A stretch of 63,654 nt of DNA, filler included. It is 8 parts of 8 records of this genome, joined end to end, with 100 filler letters (N's around TTAATTAATTAA, not from the genome) between each part and the next. Parts side by side here need not be neighbours in the genome. Positions count along the whole stretch, not along the records: positions 50,200 to 57,411 come from SRR31147125_4861; positions 57,512 to 63,654 come from SRR31147125_4935; 6 more parts are not named here. The stretch is one strand, 5' to 3'. The translations under genes were made by a program, and so were the position numbers. The notes under the pieces are model-generated. The model was not told the DNA's origin and did not search any database. It saw only the letters and a program-made list of their open reading frames with translations. The stretch's first letter is position 1; each line of letters begins with the position of its first letter. This document shows positions 53,948 through 63,654 of this stretch, piece after piece.

Positions 53948-54072
53948 TGATGATTCTCCTTTATTGTGTATTATGTTATGGCGAATAAATCGTCTCTTAC
54001 AACTTAAATTATACGCTTGCATATTTCGGATGTTTTGATTATTGCTTATGAAAACGTTTCACTATTTGCCAT

Positions 54073-54100
54073 AAAAAAAGAACCCGATATTTCGGGTTCT
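54073..54100 (-). terminator. Terminator after deoB
   Basis: AGAACCCGA-TATT-TCGGGTTCT with an A7 run (U tail on -). Confidence 0.8.
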
Positions 54101-54107
54101 ACTTAGA

Positions 54108-55292
54108 TTATTTTTTTAAATATTTTAAAAATGATTGTCCATATTTTGGAAGCTCTGTACCAAAGTTTTCATTAATACTATAACCTATATCTGCAAATGT
54201 TTTCAATAAAGGTAGTGCTCTACCTTTATCAAATCTTTTACTATATGCAAGTAGTGGGACATATTCTCTTGTATGATCAGTACCGTGATGGATGGGATCA
54301 TTTCCATGGTCAGCAGTAATTAATACAAGATCATCTTCATGTGTTAATTCAAGAAATGAAGGTAGTTGTGTATCAAAAGTTTCAATGGCTTCTCCATATC
54401 CAATTGGGTTTCTTCTATGACCATAGAGTGCATCAAAGTCAACTAAATTTAAGAAACATAATCCAGTAAAATCTTTTTTAGCTGTTTCATTTAATTGTCT
54501 CATACCATCATCATTGGATTTGGTTTTACTAAATTCAGTAATACCATATCCATCAAATATATCATTAATCTTACCTAGTGCAATCACATCATATCCAGCT
54601 TCACTTAAATAGTTTAGAGACGTTTTAGTGTGTGGTTTTAATGCATAATCATGTCTATTTGGTGTACGTTTGAAATCATCTTTATTTGTTCCTAGGAATG
54701 GTCTAGCAATCACACGACCTACTTTCCACTCAGGTTTCATCATCATTTCCCTTGCGATTTCACATATGCGATATTGTTCTTCAATTGGAATAATCTCTTC
54801 ATGCATAGCTATTTGTAAAACTGAATCTGCTGATGTATAAACAATAAGGTCGCCAGTTTTCATATGGTGTTCGCCAAGCTCTTTAATAATTTCAGTCCCT
54901 GATGCAGATATATTTCCGACAACTTTTCTTCCTGTTTTTTCTTCTAGTTCTTTAATCAGTTCATCCGGAAATCCTGTGTCAGTAAATGTTTGAAATGGTT
55001 TTGTAATATACATACCCATCATTTCCCAATGACCTGTCATTGTATCTTTTCCTAGTGATGCTTCTTGCATTTTTGTATAAAATGCTTTAGGATCTTTCAC
55101 CGGTTTAACATTTTTTATCGGTGCAATATTACCATAACCTAATTGTTCCATATGAGGAATTTTGAGATCCATGGCTTCTGCAATATGCCCAATAGTGTTT
55201 GCTCCTAAATCATTATAATCTTTTGCATCTGGTGCTTCACCTATACCTAAGCTATCCATAACAATTAAAAATACTCTTTTAAATTTTTTCAT
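54108..55292 (-). CDS. deoB: Phosphopentomutase
   Basis: [55 protein letters not shown]. Confidence 0.96.
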   Translation of the reverse strand: MKKFKRVFLIVMDSLGIGEAPDAKDYNDLGANTIGHIAEAMDLKIPHMEQLGYGNIAPIKNVKPVKDPKAFYTKMQEASLGKDTMTGHWEMMGMYITKPFQTFTDTGFPDELIKELEEKTGRKVVGNISASGTEIIKELGEHHMKTGDLIVYTSADSVLQIAMHEEIIPIEEQYRICEIAREMMMKPEWKVGRVIARPFLGTNKDDFKRTPNRHDYALKPHTKTSLNYLSEAGYDVIALGKINDIFDGYGITEFSKTKSNDDGMRQLNETAKKDFTGLCFLNLVDFDALYGHRRNPIGYGEAIETFDTQLPSFLELTHEDDLVLITADHGNDPIHHGTDHTREYVPLLAYSKRFDKGRALPLLKTFADIGYSINENFGTELPKYGQSFLKYLKK

Positions 55293-56193
55293 TTATATCC
55301 TCCTTATGTGCACGTGGATGTGCATCTAAATATACTTCTTTAATTCTTTTTTGACTAATGTGTGTATAGATTTGTGTGGTAGAAATATCTTCATGTCCTA
55401 ATAGTGTTTGGAGCATACGTAAATCCATGCCATTTTCTAATAAGTGTGTCGCAAACGAATGCCTTAACGTATGCGGTGACACAGGTGTTTCTATCTCAGC
55501 ATCCTTTGCAAGTTTTTTTAAAACTTTGGAAAATCCTTGTCTTGATAATCTTCGACCCATTTGATTTAAAAATAATATATGTGATGATTGATCTTTTAAT
55601 AATGTGTCTCTTGATTCAATAATGTATTTACGAATAGCAATGACAGCCATATCAGAAATAGGAACAATTCTTTCTTTTTGTCCTTTACCATGAACTAAAA
55701 TATATGCTTGATTAAGATGAATGTCTTCTATTTTTATATCTAATAATTCTGATACACGCAAGCCAGATCCATAAATTAATTCCAATAACGCTTTATTTCG
55801 CAAGCCTAAGGATGTGGATTTATCGACTTGTTCTAAAAGTTTTACAACCTCATCAACTGATAATACTTTAGGCAATGATTTTGCTGTTTTGGGTGTCTGA
55901 AAAAGTTTTGCAACATCTTCTTTGACTTCTTTTTCAATGAATAAAAAGTGATGAAAACTTTTTATTGCTGTTAGTTTTCTTGCGATACTTTTATTATTCA
56001 TCTTCTTAGATAGACTTTTCAGATATCCTTCTATATGTCTTTTTTCTATATCCCTAACATCTTTGATGTGATGATATTTTTCTAAGAAAATCTGATATTG
56101 TTTTAAGTCTCTTAAATATGCTGATACAGTATTTTCACTTCGCCCTTTTTCTTGTCTTAAATAATAATCATAATCTTTTATTAAATATTTCAT
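55279..56193 (-). CDS. xerD: Site-specific tyrosine recombinase XerD/RipX
   Basis: [35 protein letters not shown]. The xerD-deoB linkage is as in Firmicutes. Confidence 0.9.
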   Translation of the reverse strand: MKYLIKDYDYYLRQEKGRSENTVSAYLRDLKQYQIFLEKYHHIKDVRDIEKRHIEGYLKSLSKKMNNKSIARKLTAIKSFHHFLFIEKEVKEDVAKLFQTPKTAKSLPKVLSVDEVVKLLEQVDKSTSLGLRNKALLELIYGSGLRVSELLDIKIEDIHLNQAYILVHGKGQKERIVPISDMAVIAIRKYIIESRDTLLKDQSSHILFLNQMGRRLSRQGFSKVLKKLAKDAEIETPVSPHTLRHSFATHLLENGMDLRMLQTLLGHEDISTTQIYTHISQKRIKEVYLDAHPRAHKEDINEKI

Positions 56194-57281
56194 ATAAACA
56201 CCATAAAGACTTGATTGCCTAATAACGTACCTTTCTTAGTAAGTTTTAAATATCCATCTTTATATATGAGTAAACCTAATTCAATCTTATCATTGAGTTT
56301 AGGATATGTATTAAATAAATGGATGTTAAATCGATTTTCAATATCTTCTACATAAATACCTTTTGTATTTCTTAATCCAAATATCAATGCATCTTGTAAA
56401 AGCATATCATCGGTTTGAAATGTCTTTTCTTTTTGAAAATGATCTAAATATTTTGGAAGTGCACGTTCATTATATGTTCTATAACCATCAATAAATCCGT
56501 GAGCACCAAGCCCTACACCTATATATGGATCAATTGTCCAATATATTTTATTATGTAGTGATTCATGTTGATGTTTCGCAAAATTCGATATTTCATACTG
56601 CGTGAATCCTTGTTTTATTAAACCTGAGATTACTTTTTCATACATTAATGCTTCCATATCTTGATCCATTTGTTCAAAATTTCCTCTTAAATATTGATGA
56701 TAAAAATAGGTTTTCTCTTCAAGAATAAGAGAATACCATGAAACATGTGTACAATCCAATGCACGAATATGTTCTAAATCAATCTCAATATCTTCCATTG
56801 TTTGACCAGGAATGGAAAAAATTAAATCAATACTTATAAATGGTATATCCAAAGATTTTAAGTGAGTCACTGCATCATAGACTTCTCTATTTTTATGCCC
56901 TCTATTTAAATAATGGAGTAAATCTTGATTAAATGTTTGAACACCTAAACTGACACGATTAATACCATATTTTTTAAATAGCAGTCCTTTTTCTTTACTA
57001 TAACTTTCTGGATTAACTTCTATACTATATTCTATGGGTTGAATGTTTTTTAATGATTCAAACAACTTTTCTAACTGCTCTACTGATAACATGCTTGGCG
57101 TACCACCACCAATATATATCGTATCAATGGTATTAAAATGATCTTTATACATCGTAATCTCTTTATCCAGAGCTTCTAGATACGTATCAATCATCTCTTT
57201 GTTTTTTGGTACACGTTTAACAAAGTCACAATAATGACAAATATATTCACAAAATGGAATATGGACATAGAGTCCTTTCAT
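56190..57281 (-). CDS. hemW: Radical SAM heme chaperone HemW (HemN-like)
   Basis: YVHIPFCEYICHYCDF, GGGTPS, YEISNFA, HNKIYW. Follows lepA. Confidence 0.92.
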   Translation of the reverse strand: MKGLYVHIPFCEYICHYCDFVKRVPKNKEMIDTYLEALDKEITMYKDHFNTIDTIYIGGGTPSMLSVEQLEKLFESLKNIQPIEYSIEVNPESYSKEKGLLFKKYGINRVSLGVQTFNQDLLHYLNRGHKNREVYDAVTHLKSLDIPFISIDLIFSIPGQTMEDIEIDLEHIRALDCTHVSWYSLILEEKTYFYHQYLRGNFEQMDQDMEALMYEKVISGLIKQGFTQYEISNFAKHQHESLHNKIYWTIDPYIGVGLGAHGFIDGYRTYNERALPKYLDHFQKEKTFQTDDMLLQDALIFGLRNTKGIYVEDIENRFNIHLFNTYPKLNDKIELGLLIYKDGYLKLTKKGTLLGNQVFMVFI

Positions 57282-57311
57282 TTCATCACATCCTCACCTC
57301 TATTATACTAT

Positions 57312-57342
57312 AAAAAAAGTGATGATTAAACTAATCATCACT
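57312..57342 (-). terminator. Terminator after lepA
   Basis: AGTGATGATTA-AAC-TAATCATCACT with an A7 run. Confidence 0.75.
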
Positions 57343-57411
57343 ATTCGATAAAATTGCCATAAATGCTTCTTGAGGAACATCAACACGGCCAATCGATTTC
57401 ATCTTCTTTTT
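57331..57411 (-). CDS. lepA: Elongation factor 4, C-terminal fragment
   Basis: Hand translation KKKMKSIGRVDVPQEAFMAILSNSDD*, the conserved LepA C-terminus. Confidence 0.9.
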   Translation of the reverse strand, partial: KKKMKSIGRVDVPQEAFMAILSNSDD

Positions 57412-57511
57412 NNNNNNNNNNNNNNNNNNNNNNNNNNNNNNNNNNNNNNNNNNNNTTAATTAATTAANNNNNNNNNNNNNNNNNNNNNNNNNNNNNNNNN
57501 NNNNNNNNNNN
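57412..57511. other. Artificial contig linker
   Basis: N44-TTAATTAATTAA-N44. Confidence 0.99.
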
Positions 57512-58435
57512 CGTCACTGCATCAAATCTAACATCATATTCTTCCATTTTCAAATCATAAAAGTATCTGTCTGTCGCTTCACTCATCTTCCGGATCTTCT
57601 CATTGTTGATCCTTTCTGCTGTGGAATACTCATCCAGACCGGTCGAAGTCTTAACTTCCACCATCACGAACTGTTCCCCATCTTTCATGATTATATCGAT
57701 CTCACCGTTGGTCCCACCATGATAATTTCGTTGAACAAAATGATATCCTTTCAAGATCAGATAATAGATCGCCCAATTTTCACCCCAACGGCCAATAAAG
57801 GCTTTTGTCGGTTTTGAAGGGAAATCCATGCTTTTCATGGGAGCAAAGTAACGTCTGTGAATAGGTGTTGGGTAAAATTCCTGTAATGCCTTAATATGTT
57901 CGGCCGTTCCATATCCTTTGTGTTTTTCAAGTCCGTATTCAGGATAAATAACAGCCCAACGTTTCATCATTCTATCTCTACTGACTTTTGCAAGAATAGA
58001 AGCCGCAGCTATACTGAATGATCGACGGTCACCTCCTACAACGGCTTCAGCTTTCCCTCGCAATTCAAATGGGACATGATTACCGTCTACCAGAACATAA
58101 GCATCCTGCACATTCAGTTTTTCAACTGATTTTTCCATTGCAGTAAGTGCAGCCTGTAGAATATTTCCTTTATTGATAGCTTGAACGCCCATTGAATGCA
58201 CCGCCCATGCCTGAGCATGCTCAACGATCCAATCATAGGCTTCTTCTCTACGTTTTTCGCTGAGTTTTTTGGAATCACGGATCAATTCATTATCAACATC
58301 GGGAGGAAAAAGGACAGCTCCAGCAGTAACCGGACCGGCTAAAGGACCGCGTCCTGCTTCATCCACTCCTATGATAAGTGGATGGTCCTTACGATATTCG
58401 TGATCGAATGCCTGTAGTGAGGATTCACTCGACAT
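57512..58435 (-). CDS. rnhB: Ribonuclease HII fused to YraN (UPF0102) nuclease domain, 3' truncated
   Basis: GVDEAGRGPLAGPV, DSKKLS, VDGN, HKGYGT, then GRWGE...RNY...GEIDII...VEVKT...RFD. Confidence 0.9.
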
Positions 58436-58438
58436 ATG

Positions 58439-59425
58439 TTATTTCTTTAAGGTACTTGATTTTTTCTTACTTGTGCTGGAACTCGAAGAACTTGAACTTT
58501 TCTTTTTCTCTTCTGTCTCTTCTTGAATAACAGGTTCTTTTTTAACCGGCGCTGTCTTAACGGTAGTTGTTTTTTTGATCACGGGATCATTCTTGATTGT
58601 GGTTGTTGTTCGTTTGACAGTTGTAGAAGGTTTCTTTACAGTTGGAGTAGTAGGACTCTCTTTTTTCTTGTATTGATACTGATCCGAAGGCTTTGTTTTT
58701 TGATCGCTCAATTTGATCTTGCCTTTATTTGATGTACCATCAGTAGGTTTTTTATTCGGTTCTTTTTTAGGTTCATCTTCATCTTTCGGATCATCTTTAA
58801 TAATAACTGTTGGCGGATTGGGATTAGACGGCGGATTATTCACAATAATGATCGGGGGATTCGGGGTCGGATCATAAACAGGTGCGACATATATTGGATC
58901 CGGAGTGTAATCAATACTTACCGTAGAAGCATAAACAACTTCACCCGTACCCACTTCGAAACAGCGAACCGAGATCATGTCCTCATGCTTACCTCGTAAA
59001 ATCCTTCCATGCAAGATATAATCGGCCTGCAAAAGCTGTCTCAACTCATAACCTTCATTATCAATAAGATTAGTCATGGATAATTCACGTTCTTTTACAA
59101 GCTCGTATAATGATTCACGTTCAACTACGATGGGATTATTATATCGCGTCATTTCAGCTACTACCATACGAGCAAAGAAATCACCGCGGTTTATTCTGTC
59201 ACCATATTCATCTGTAAACGGAAGTACAGAGAGGGTTTGTCTGCGAACACGTTTAAAACTTCGAGCTAATTTTCTTGCGATAAATTCCGCAGCCTCTTCT
59301 TCACTGTCTACCGTAACATAAGGTTCATTATTCTGGAAATACCGGTCATAATCGTATTTTCCATAGTATGTAGAACATGACCCCAGCATTAAAACGATCA
59401 AAGCTAATATCAATATTTTCTTCAT
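58439..59425 (-). CDS. Lipoprotein with FlgO/CsgG-like domain and Pro/Lys/Thr-rich disordered tail
   Basis: Lipobox LGSC; LSVLPF, VVERESL, ADYILHG, VGTGEVV pattern; low-complexity C-terminus. Confidence 0.65.
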   Translation of the reverse strand: MKKILILALIVLMLGSCSTYYGKYDYDRYFQNNEPYVTVDSEEEAAEFIARKLARSFKRVRRQTLSVLPFTDEYGDRINRGDFFARMVVAEMTRYNNPIVVERESLYELVKERELSMTNLIDNEGYELRQLLQADYILHGRILRGKHEDMISVRCFEVGTGEVVYASTVSIDYTPDPIYVAPVYDPTPNPPIIIVNNPPSNPNPPTVIIKDDPKDEDEPKKEPNKKPTDGTSNKGKIKLSDQKTKPSDQYQYKKKESPTTPTVKKPSTTVKRTTTTIKNDPVIKKTTTVKTAPVKKEPVIQEETEEKKKSSSSSSSSTSKKKSSTLKK

Positions 59426-59486
59426 CTTTTCCCTTTCTTAGTTTCTATAAATAAAATATATGAATTTCTTACAGAACTTGGAAGTA

Positions 59487-61505
59487 TTATTCCCTTTGAA
59501 TCAGCTTATTTCCTGCTAATCTAATACGCTTCATTCTATTTCCTTTCCCATTGACAAATAGTGAATCATTGTCATATTTAAAATGCTTATTTGCAATTTT
59601 AAACTCGTTAAAAAGCATTTTGTTCACGGGAAATACATGAATATTATCTCCTTGAAAGATCAAGGATGTATCAGAGTGAATATGAATTATATTCTTTTCC
59701 TGATGTTTATCATCTTGCATGGAAAATATTTTGCATTGAGGATAGTCCCTTTGCATCCTTCCAATATTTGAAAGATTTGCCTTGCTTTGATCTCCAAGAA
59801 GCACTGTCAGTTCACGAGTGCCCCAATGTTCCAACACCGGCTTTATCACTCTGTCATAATCATTGTAATTGAAATATTGCCAACCGGTATTGATTATCAA
59901 TGCATGTCTCCCCCGTCGATATAATAGAATATCACCTTTTTTCACTTCGGGGTGAACCAGTTCCGGCCTTGTATTGATGTAAAACCATATTCCGCATGCA
60001 AGGGAGCATAGGATCAAAGCTGATATCTTTATTTTTCTTCTATTAACACAAACTAAAATAAGTGTTCCTAAGATCAATGTAAAAATAAACGGTTTCCAAT
60101 AGGATGATATCTGCAATGTCCAGATATCTGATCGTGATGCCAAACGAAGTATGAATTTGAAAACATCCAGACTCAGATCCAGGGCATAAAGTACCAGATC
60201 AGCAATAAAGCTGTGTATGAACAGTCCGGGCAAACATAAAATAGCACAGATCATCACGCAAAATGTCAAGGGGATCACAATAATATTCAGGAGCATAGAT
60301 GCTAATTGCAGTGAATTAAAGTAATAGATCGCCACAGGTGATGTAAATAAAGCTGCTGATAGAGAAACCACCAACATATCAATGATGTATTTTGCTATGG
60401 GTGATCGTTTCTTATCCCCGAAAATGAGTTTGATCCTTGGATATGCTATAAGAATACCGAATACCGCGGAATACGAGAACTGGAAACCAAGATCTATCAA
60501 TGAAAAGGGATTTATCAACAACAACATGACTGCTGAAGCAGCCACGGCATTCAGAGCATTGTATTTCCTTTTGAATACCGGAGCAAATATCAGCATGACC
60601 GACATAAGAGAAGACCGGATCACTGAAGGAGAACCACCGGTCAGAATACAATAGAATATTAAAAACAGTGCAATACAGATCACTCTTGGAATTCTGGGAA
60701 TACTTAAGGACAATAATATCTGGTAAACGATCAACATGATCAATCCAACGTGCAATCCAGATACGGCAAGTAAATGTGAAACACCTAATTGCCTGAAAAG
60801 ATCAGAAATACAGGAAGGGATCTCAGATTTCATTCCAAATAATAATCCATTGACCAGACTTCCCTTCTCAATGCCCAAAACACTCAAATATCTAACTGAA
60901 AGATCAGTCCGAATCCGATATGCATAATATATCAGAGGATTAGAAATTTTATTTTCTACAATTCCTGAAGTTTTTTCTAAGCGTATACTGTGCGACAATC
61001 CATGTACTTTAGCATATGAAAGATAATCGAAAGTATAAGGATTACTATCCCCCGAAATGGGTTTCCATTTGACATTCGAAACCTTGTAATTCTTCCCTGG
61101 TTCAAGAACCTGCATACCTTTTTTTGCATAGAGCGTCGCTTTGACCTCTATATCTGAAATTTTTGTTTTAATAATGTAGGACTCTATGTAAAAAGGATTG
61201 GTTTTTTGCTTTAGGACAGTAATTAACAAACTATCCTGCCCTTCCGGAATACCGTGAATAAAGTGATATTTCTCTTCCGCCATTGCTATCCGCATACAAG
61301 CGGAGATAATTATACAACCTAAATATAAACATACTCTTATCTTTGGATTTTTAATGAAAACAAGTGCGAAAAGAATTGTACAAAGGAGGATGATCGTTAA
61401 TATCAGGGATAATTGGAAAAGCATGCCGGCAATGATCCCGATCGCCAATAAAACAAAATACTTTATTGCCGGAAGCTTGTTCATTTTTCGTCCCCACTTG
61501 TCCAT
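59487..61505 (-). CDS. comEC: ComEC/Rec2 competence family membrane protein
   Basis: GVSHLLAVSGLHVG, PSVIRS, GFQFSY. The C-terminal beta-lactamase-like region looks degenerate. Confidence 0.9.
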   Translation of the reverse strand: MDKWGRKMNKLPAIKYFVLLAIGIIAGMLFQLSLILTIILLCTILFALVFIKNPKIRVCLYLGCIIISACMRIAMAEEKYHFIHGIPEGQDSLLITVLKQKTNPFYIESYIIKTKISDIEVKATLYAKKGMQVLEPGKNYKVSNVKWKPISGDSNPYTFDYLSYAKVHGLSHSIRLEKTSGIVENKISNPLIYYAYRIRTDLSVRYLSVLGIEKGSLVNGLLFGMKSEIPSCISDLFRQLGVSHLLAVSGLHVGLIMLIVYQILLSLSIPRIPRVICIALFLIFYCILTGGSPSVIRSSLMSVMLIFAPVFKRKYNALNAVAASAVMLLLINPFSLIDLGFQFSYSAVFGILIAYPRIKLIFGDKKRSPIAKYIIDMLVVSLSAALFTSPVAIYYFNSLQLASMLLNIIVIPLTFCVMICAILCLPGLFIHSFIADLVLYALDLSLDVFKFILRLASRSDIWTLQISSYWKPFIFTLILGTLILVCVNRRKIKISALILCSLACGIWFYINTRPELVHPEVKKGDILLYRRGRHALIINTGWQYFNYNDYDRVIKPVLEHWGTRELTVLLGDQSKANLSNIGRMQRDYPQCKIFSMQDDKHQEKNIIHIHSDTSLIFQGDNIHVFPVNKMLFNEFKIANKHFKYDNDSLFVNGKGNRMKRIRLAGNKLIQRE

Positions 61506-61600
61506 ATAAAATATTGATTAAATATAAAAAAAGCCCGCAGTATATACGGGCAAAACAAATCTGTGATGTATATCACTTTATCAGAAAAAGGATTAACCTT

Positions 61601-61635
61601 CTACTTACTACTTACTACTTACTACCTTCTACTTT
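61601..61635. repeat. Heptamer tandem repeat
   Basis: CTACTTA x3 + CTACCTT + CTACTTT just downstream of the nadE stop. Confidence 0.8.
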
Positions 61636-61639
61636 CTTC

Positions 61640-63262
61640 TTAAACAAAGTGATTTACTAAAGGCATCTTTCGTCCCTGACCAAAAGCCTTGGACGTTACC
61701 CTCAGTCCGGGTGCCGCCTGCCAGCGTTTGTATTCAGTCATACGGATCAATTTCAAAACCTTATTGACCAATTCTTCATCACCGGTTCTTTCGATCAGTT
61801 CTTCCATGGGTTTATTTACCAGAAGATCATCAACCAACGGCGCTACAACTTCATAATCGAAAGGATCGTACTGATCTTCAGCCAGTTCAGCCGAGGGTTT
61901 TTTATCGATGGTATTTTGCGGGATCACATCATATCCGTATTGCTCATTCAGATAATTCGATAAACGATAAACGTCCATCTTGTTCAAGTCAGAAATCGGA
62001 CCTAAAGCACCGCACATATCTCCGTAAAGTGTACAATAACCCAAAGCTATTTCTGTTTTATTACCTGTGGTCAGAGTTAAAGCATTCTTTTTATTGGCAA
62101 TGGACATCAGGATAGATCCGCGTATACGTGCTTGTAGGTTTTCTTCTGCCAAACCGAATTTCGTACCAGCGAATTGTCCTTCAAGAGACTTCATAAATGT
62201 CTCATACATGGGTTTGACTTCGATCAGGTCAAAATGGATCCCCAGATTCTTTGCCAATTGCCTTGCATCCTCAATGGAGTGATCAGATGAAAATTGCGAT
62301 GGCATGGCAAAACCATAAACATGTTCTTTGCCCAAAGCTTCCGCAGCTAAAGTTGCTACCAAGGCAGAGTCTATTCCTCCGCTAAGTCCCAATACGGCAT
62401 CTTTAAATCCGCTTTTATAAAAATAATCTTTAATTCCCAATTGTAAAGCAGCTCTTAGATCAGCCATTACTTCAGGCTTAGGTTCAGGTATATTCTTGAC
62501 TGTTTTACCATCTTTGAATTCACAATAAGCCAGCTCTTCTTCAGAGGGTTTCATAAATGCGGCAAATTCACCGTTCTTATCAATGGCAAAACTATGTCCG
62601 TCAAAGATCAGTTCATCCTGGCCGCCGATCATATTGGTGTAAACAAAAGGAATATTGCCTTCAGCAACTTTTTCCCGAACCAAGGCTATCCTCTGTTTGA
62701 TCTTACCGACTCTAAAAGGTGACGCTGAAGCATTCAAAATGATCTCAGCACCTTTCTTGATCAATTCATGCGTAACTTTTGTTTCGTAATGCTCATCCCA
62801 AAGGTCTTCACAGATCTCAATACCGAGTCTGTGTTTTTTACCTTTGATCACAAGATCCACAGGCTTTGGATCATTCACATAAGAAAAATAACGCAATTCG
62901 TCGAATACGTCGTAAGTCGGTAAATTGATCTTGTGAACATTATCAACGATCTTTCCATTCTGCATGACGGCAAGTGCATTCCAGCGTTTACCTTCATGAA
63001 TACGGACATAACCAACCAAGGCAACGATCCCGTCAGTATGTTTTACGATCTTTTCAATACCACGCTGATTTGCATGAATAAATTCATCTTCCAATACAAG
63101 ATCCAGAGGTGGATAGCCACATATAGCAAGTTCGGGAAAAATGATAATATCAGCTTTTTCCTTCTTTGCCTCTTCTATCGTTTGAATGATCTTGTCGGCA
63201 TTAGCTCTGATATTCCCAACCGTCAAATTGATTTGCCCAAGGGCAATTTTCAAATCCATCAT
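61640..63262 (-). CDS. nadE: Glutamine-dependent NAD+ synthetase
   Basis: Nitrilase triad (FPEL, HK.NLP, ICED) plus LSGGIDS, ENLQAR, TGNKTE, PSAEL, EYKRWQ. Confidence 0.96.
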   Translation of the reverse strand: MMDLKIALGQINLTVGNIRANADKIIQTIEEAKKEKADIIIFPELAICGYPPLDLVLEDEFIHANQRGIEKIVKHTDGIVALVGYVRIHEGKRWNALAVMQNGKIVDNVHKINLPTYDVFDELRYFSYVNDPKPVDLVIKGKKHRLGIEICEDLWDEHYETKVTHELIKKGAEIILNASASPFRVGKIKQRIALVREKVAEGNIPFVYTNMIGGQDELIFDGHSFAIDKNGEFAAFMKPSEEELAYCEFKDGKTVKNIPEPKPEVMADLRAALQLGIKDYFYKSGFKDAVLGLSGGIDSALVATLAAEALGKEHVYGFAMPSQFSSDHSIEDARQLAKNLGIHFDLIEVKPMYETFMKSLEGQFAGTKFGLAEENLQARIRGSILMSIANKKNALTLTTGNKTEIALGYCTLYGDMCGALGPISDLNKMDVYRLSNYLNEQYGYDVIPQNTIDKKPSAELAEDQYDPFDYEVVAPLVDDLLVNKPMEELIERTGDEELVNKVLKLIRMTEYKRWQAAPGLRVTSKAFGQGRKMPLVNHFV

Positions 63263-63264
63263 AA

Positions 63265-63543
63265 CTACATTCTTATGTTAAATTCTTTAAATATCTTTTC
63301 GTTCTTTTCGGGTTCACTTGTGATCTTATCAACTCTCGCTCTTGAGGGACCAATTTTCAAGTGATCAATATATGTTTGAATATCATCTTCGTTACCCTGT
63401 ACTATGATCTCAACCTCACCTCTGCTGGAATTTCTCACATATCCTTTGATATTGCATATCTCCGCTCTTTGCTTTGCGAACCAGCGGTAGCCCACCATTT
63501 GCACCTGACCGAAAACGGTCAATTTCTTTGTAATGATATCCAT
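63265..63543 (-). CDS. acyP: Acylphosphatase
   Basis: GQVQMVGYR, GYVRN, GPSRARV. Confidence 0.9.
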   Translation of the reverse strand: MDIITKKLTVFGQVQMVGYRWFAKQRAEICNIKGYVRNSSRGEVEIIVQGNEDDIQTYIDHLKIGPSRARVDKITSEPEKNEKIFKEFNIRM

Positions 63544-63547
63544 AAAT

Positions 63548-63576
63548 AAAGAACCCCGGGAGGCCCGGGGTTTTTT
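63548..63576. terminator. GC-rich hairpin terminator
   Basis: AACCCCGGG-AGG-CCCGGGGTT flanked by A and T runs. Confidence 0.75.
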
Positions 63577-63580
63577 GTAT

Positions 63581-63654
63581 TTAGAGCAAGTTCTTTAGAC
63601 GAGCCTCGAGGTCACTCTTTGGAACGTTACCTATTACCTGATCGACGATCTTCC
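63581..63654 (-). CDS. Probable thioredoxin, C-terminal fragment
   Basis: Hand translation KIVDQVIGNVPKSDLEARLKNLL* resembles the TrxA C-terminus. Confidence 0.65.
   Translation of the reverse strand, partial: KIVDQVIGNVPKSDLEARLKNLL

Noticed and set aside
55279-56193. Tyrosine recombinase as a prophage or ICE integrase
   Set aside because: About 300 aa with Xer-type motifs, overlapping hemW and deoB in a housekeeping operon.
1883-63549. Short antisense or alternate-frame ORFs in the track (e.g. 1883-2185, 8147-8449, 43121-43450, 62933-63364)
   Set aside because: They overlap well-supported genes, show no recognisable motifs, and are expected shadows in AT-rich coding DNA.

Overview
This window is not one locus. 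It is eight separate contigs joined by identical 100-nt artificial linkers (44 N + TTAATTAATTAA + 44 N), so synteny must not be read across linkers. (1) 1-8616: Bacteroidota housekeeping genes (etfB-etfA-acyl-CoA dehydrogenase, GT-C glycosyltransferase, DUF2520, KdsC, UbiA-family). (2) 8717-15789: Firmicutes-type locus with a LytTR regulator, two AgrC-like sensors (one catalytically degenerate), a candidate LytTR-activated promoter, a 1.05-kaa modular surface protein ending in a C39-like peptidase, and a lipoprotein. (3) 15890-28965: Bacteroidota ECF-sigma/FecR SusC/D PUL beside a tRNA 3' fragment (att-like), with an esterase, a divergent clan GH-D enzyme, a BNR_4/PL24-like propeller and a GH78 rhamnosidase. 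(4) 29066-36942: SusD tail, two plug-only TonB proteins, ROK repressor, SusC/D. (5) 37043-44343: TPM-TPM-LemA, urocanase, TPR kinase, thioredoxin, CoA-binding protein, ispF. (6) 44444-50099: the best candidate for a new system, an AT-rich two-gene operon. Its first gene encodes a >1350-aa HATPase-PRTase-PRTase-kinase-like protein, split by four homopolymer frameshifts and only partly shown in the ORF track. Its second encodes a pseudo-receiver fused to a PNP/MTAN-family nucleosidase, resembling but distinct from the Detocs anti-phage system. (7) 50200-57411: Acholeplasma-like/low-GC segment with a clear dif site, asparaginase, nox, deoB, xerD, hemW and the lepA end. (8) 57512-63654: RNase HII-YraN fusion, lipoprotein, ComEC, nadE, acylphosphatase, thioredoxin end. 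Many genes carry single-base indels in homopolymer runs, most likely sequencing errors. All domain calls come from motif recognition by eye; no searches were run.
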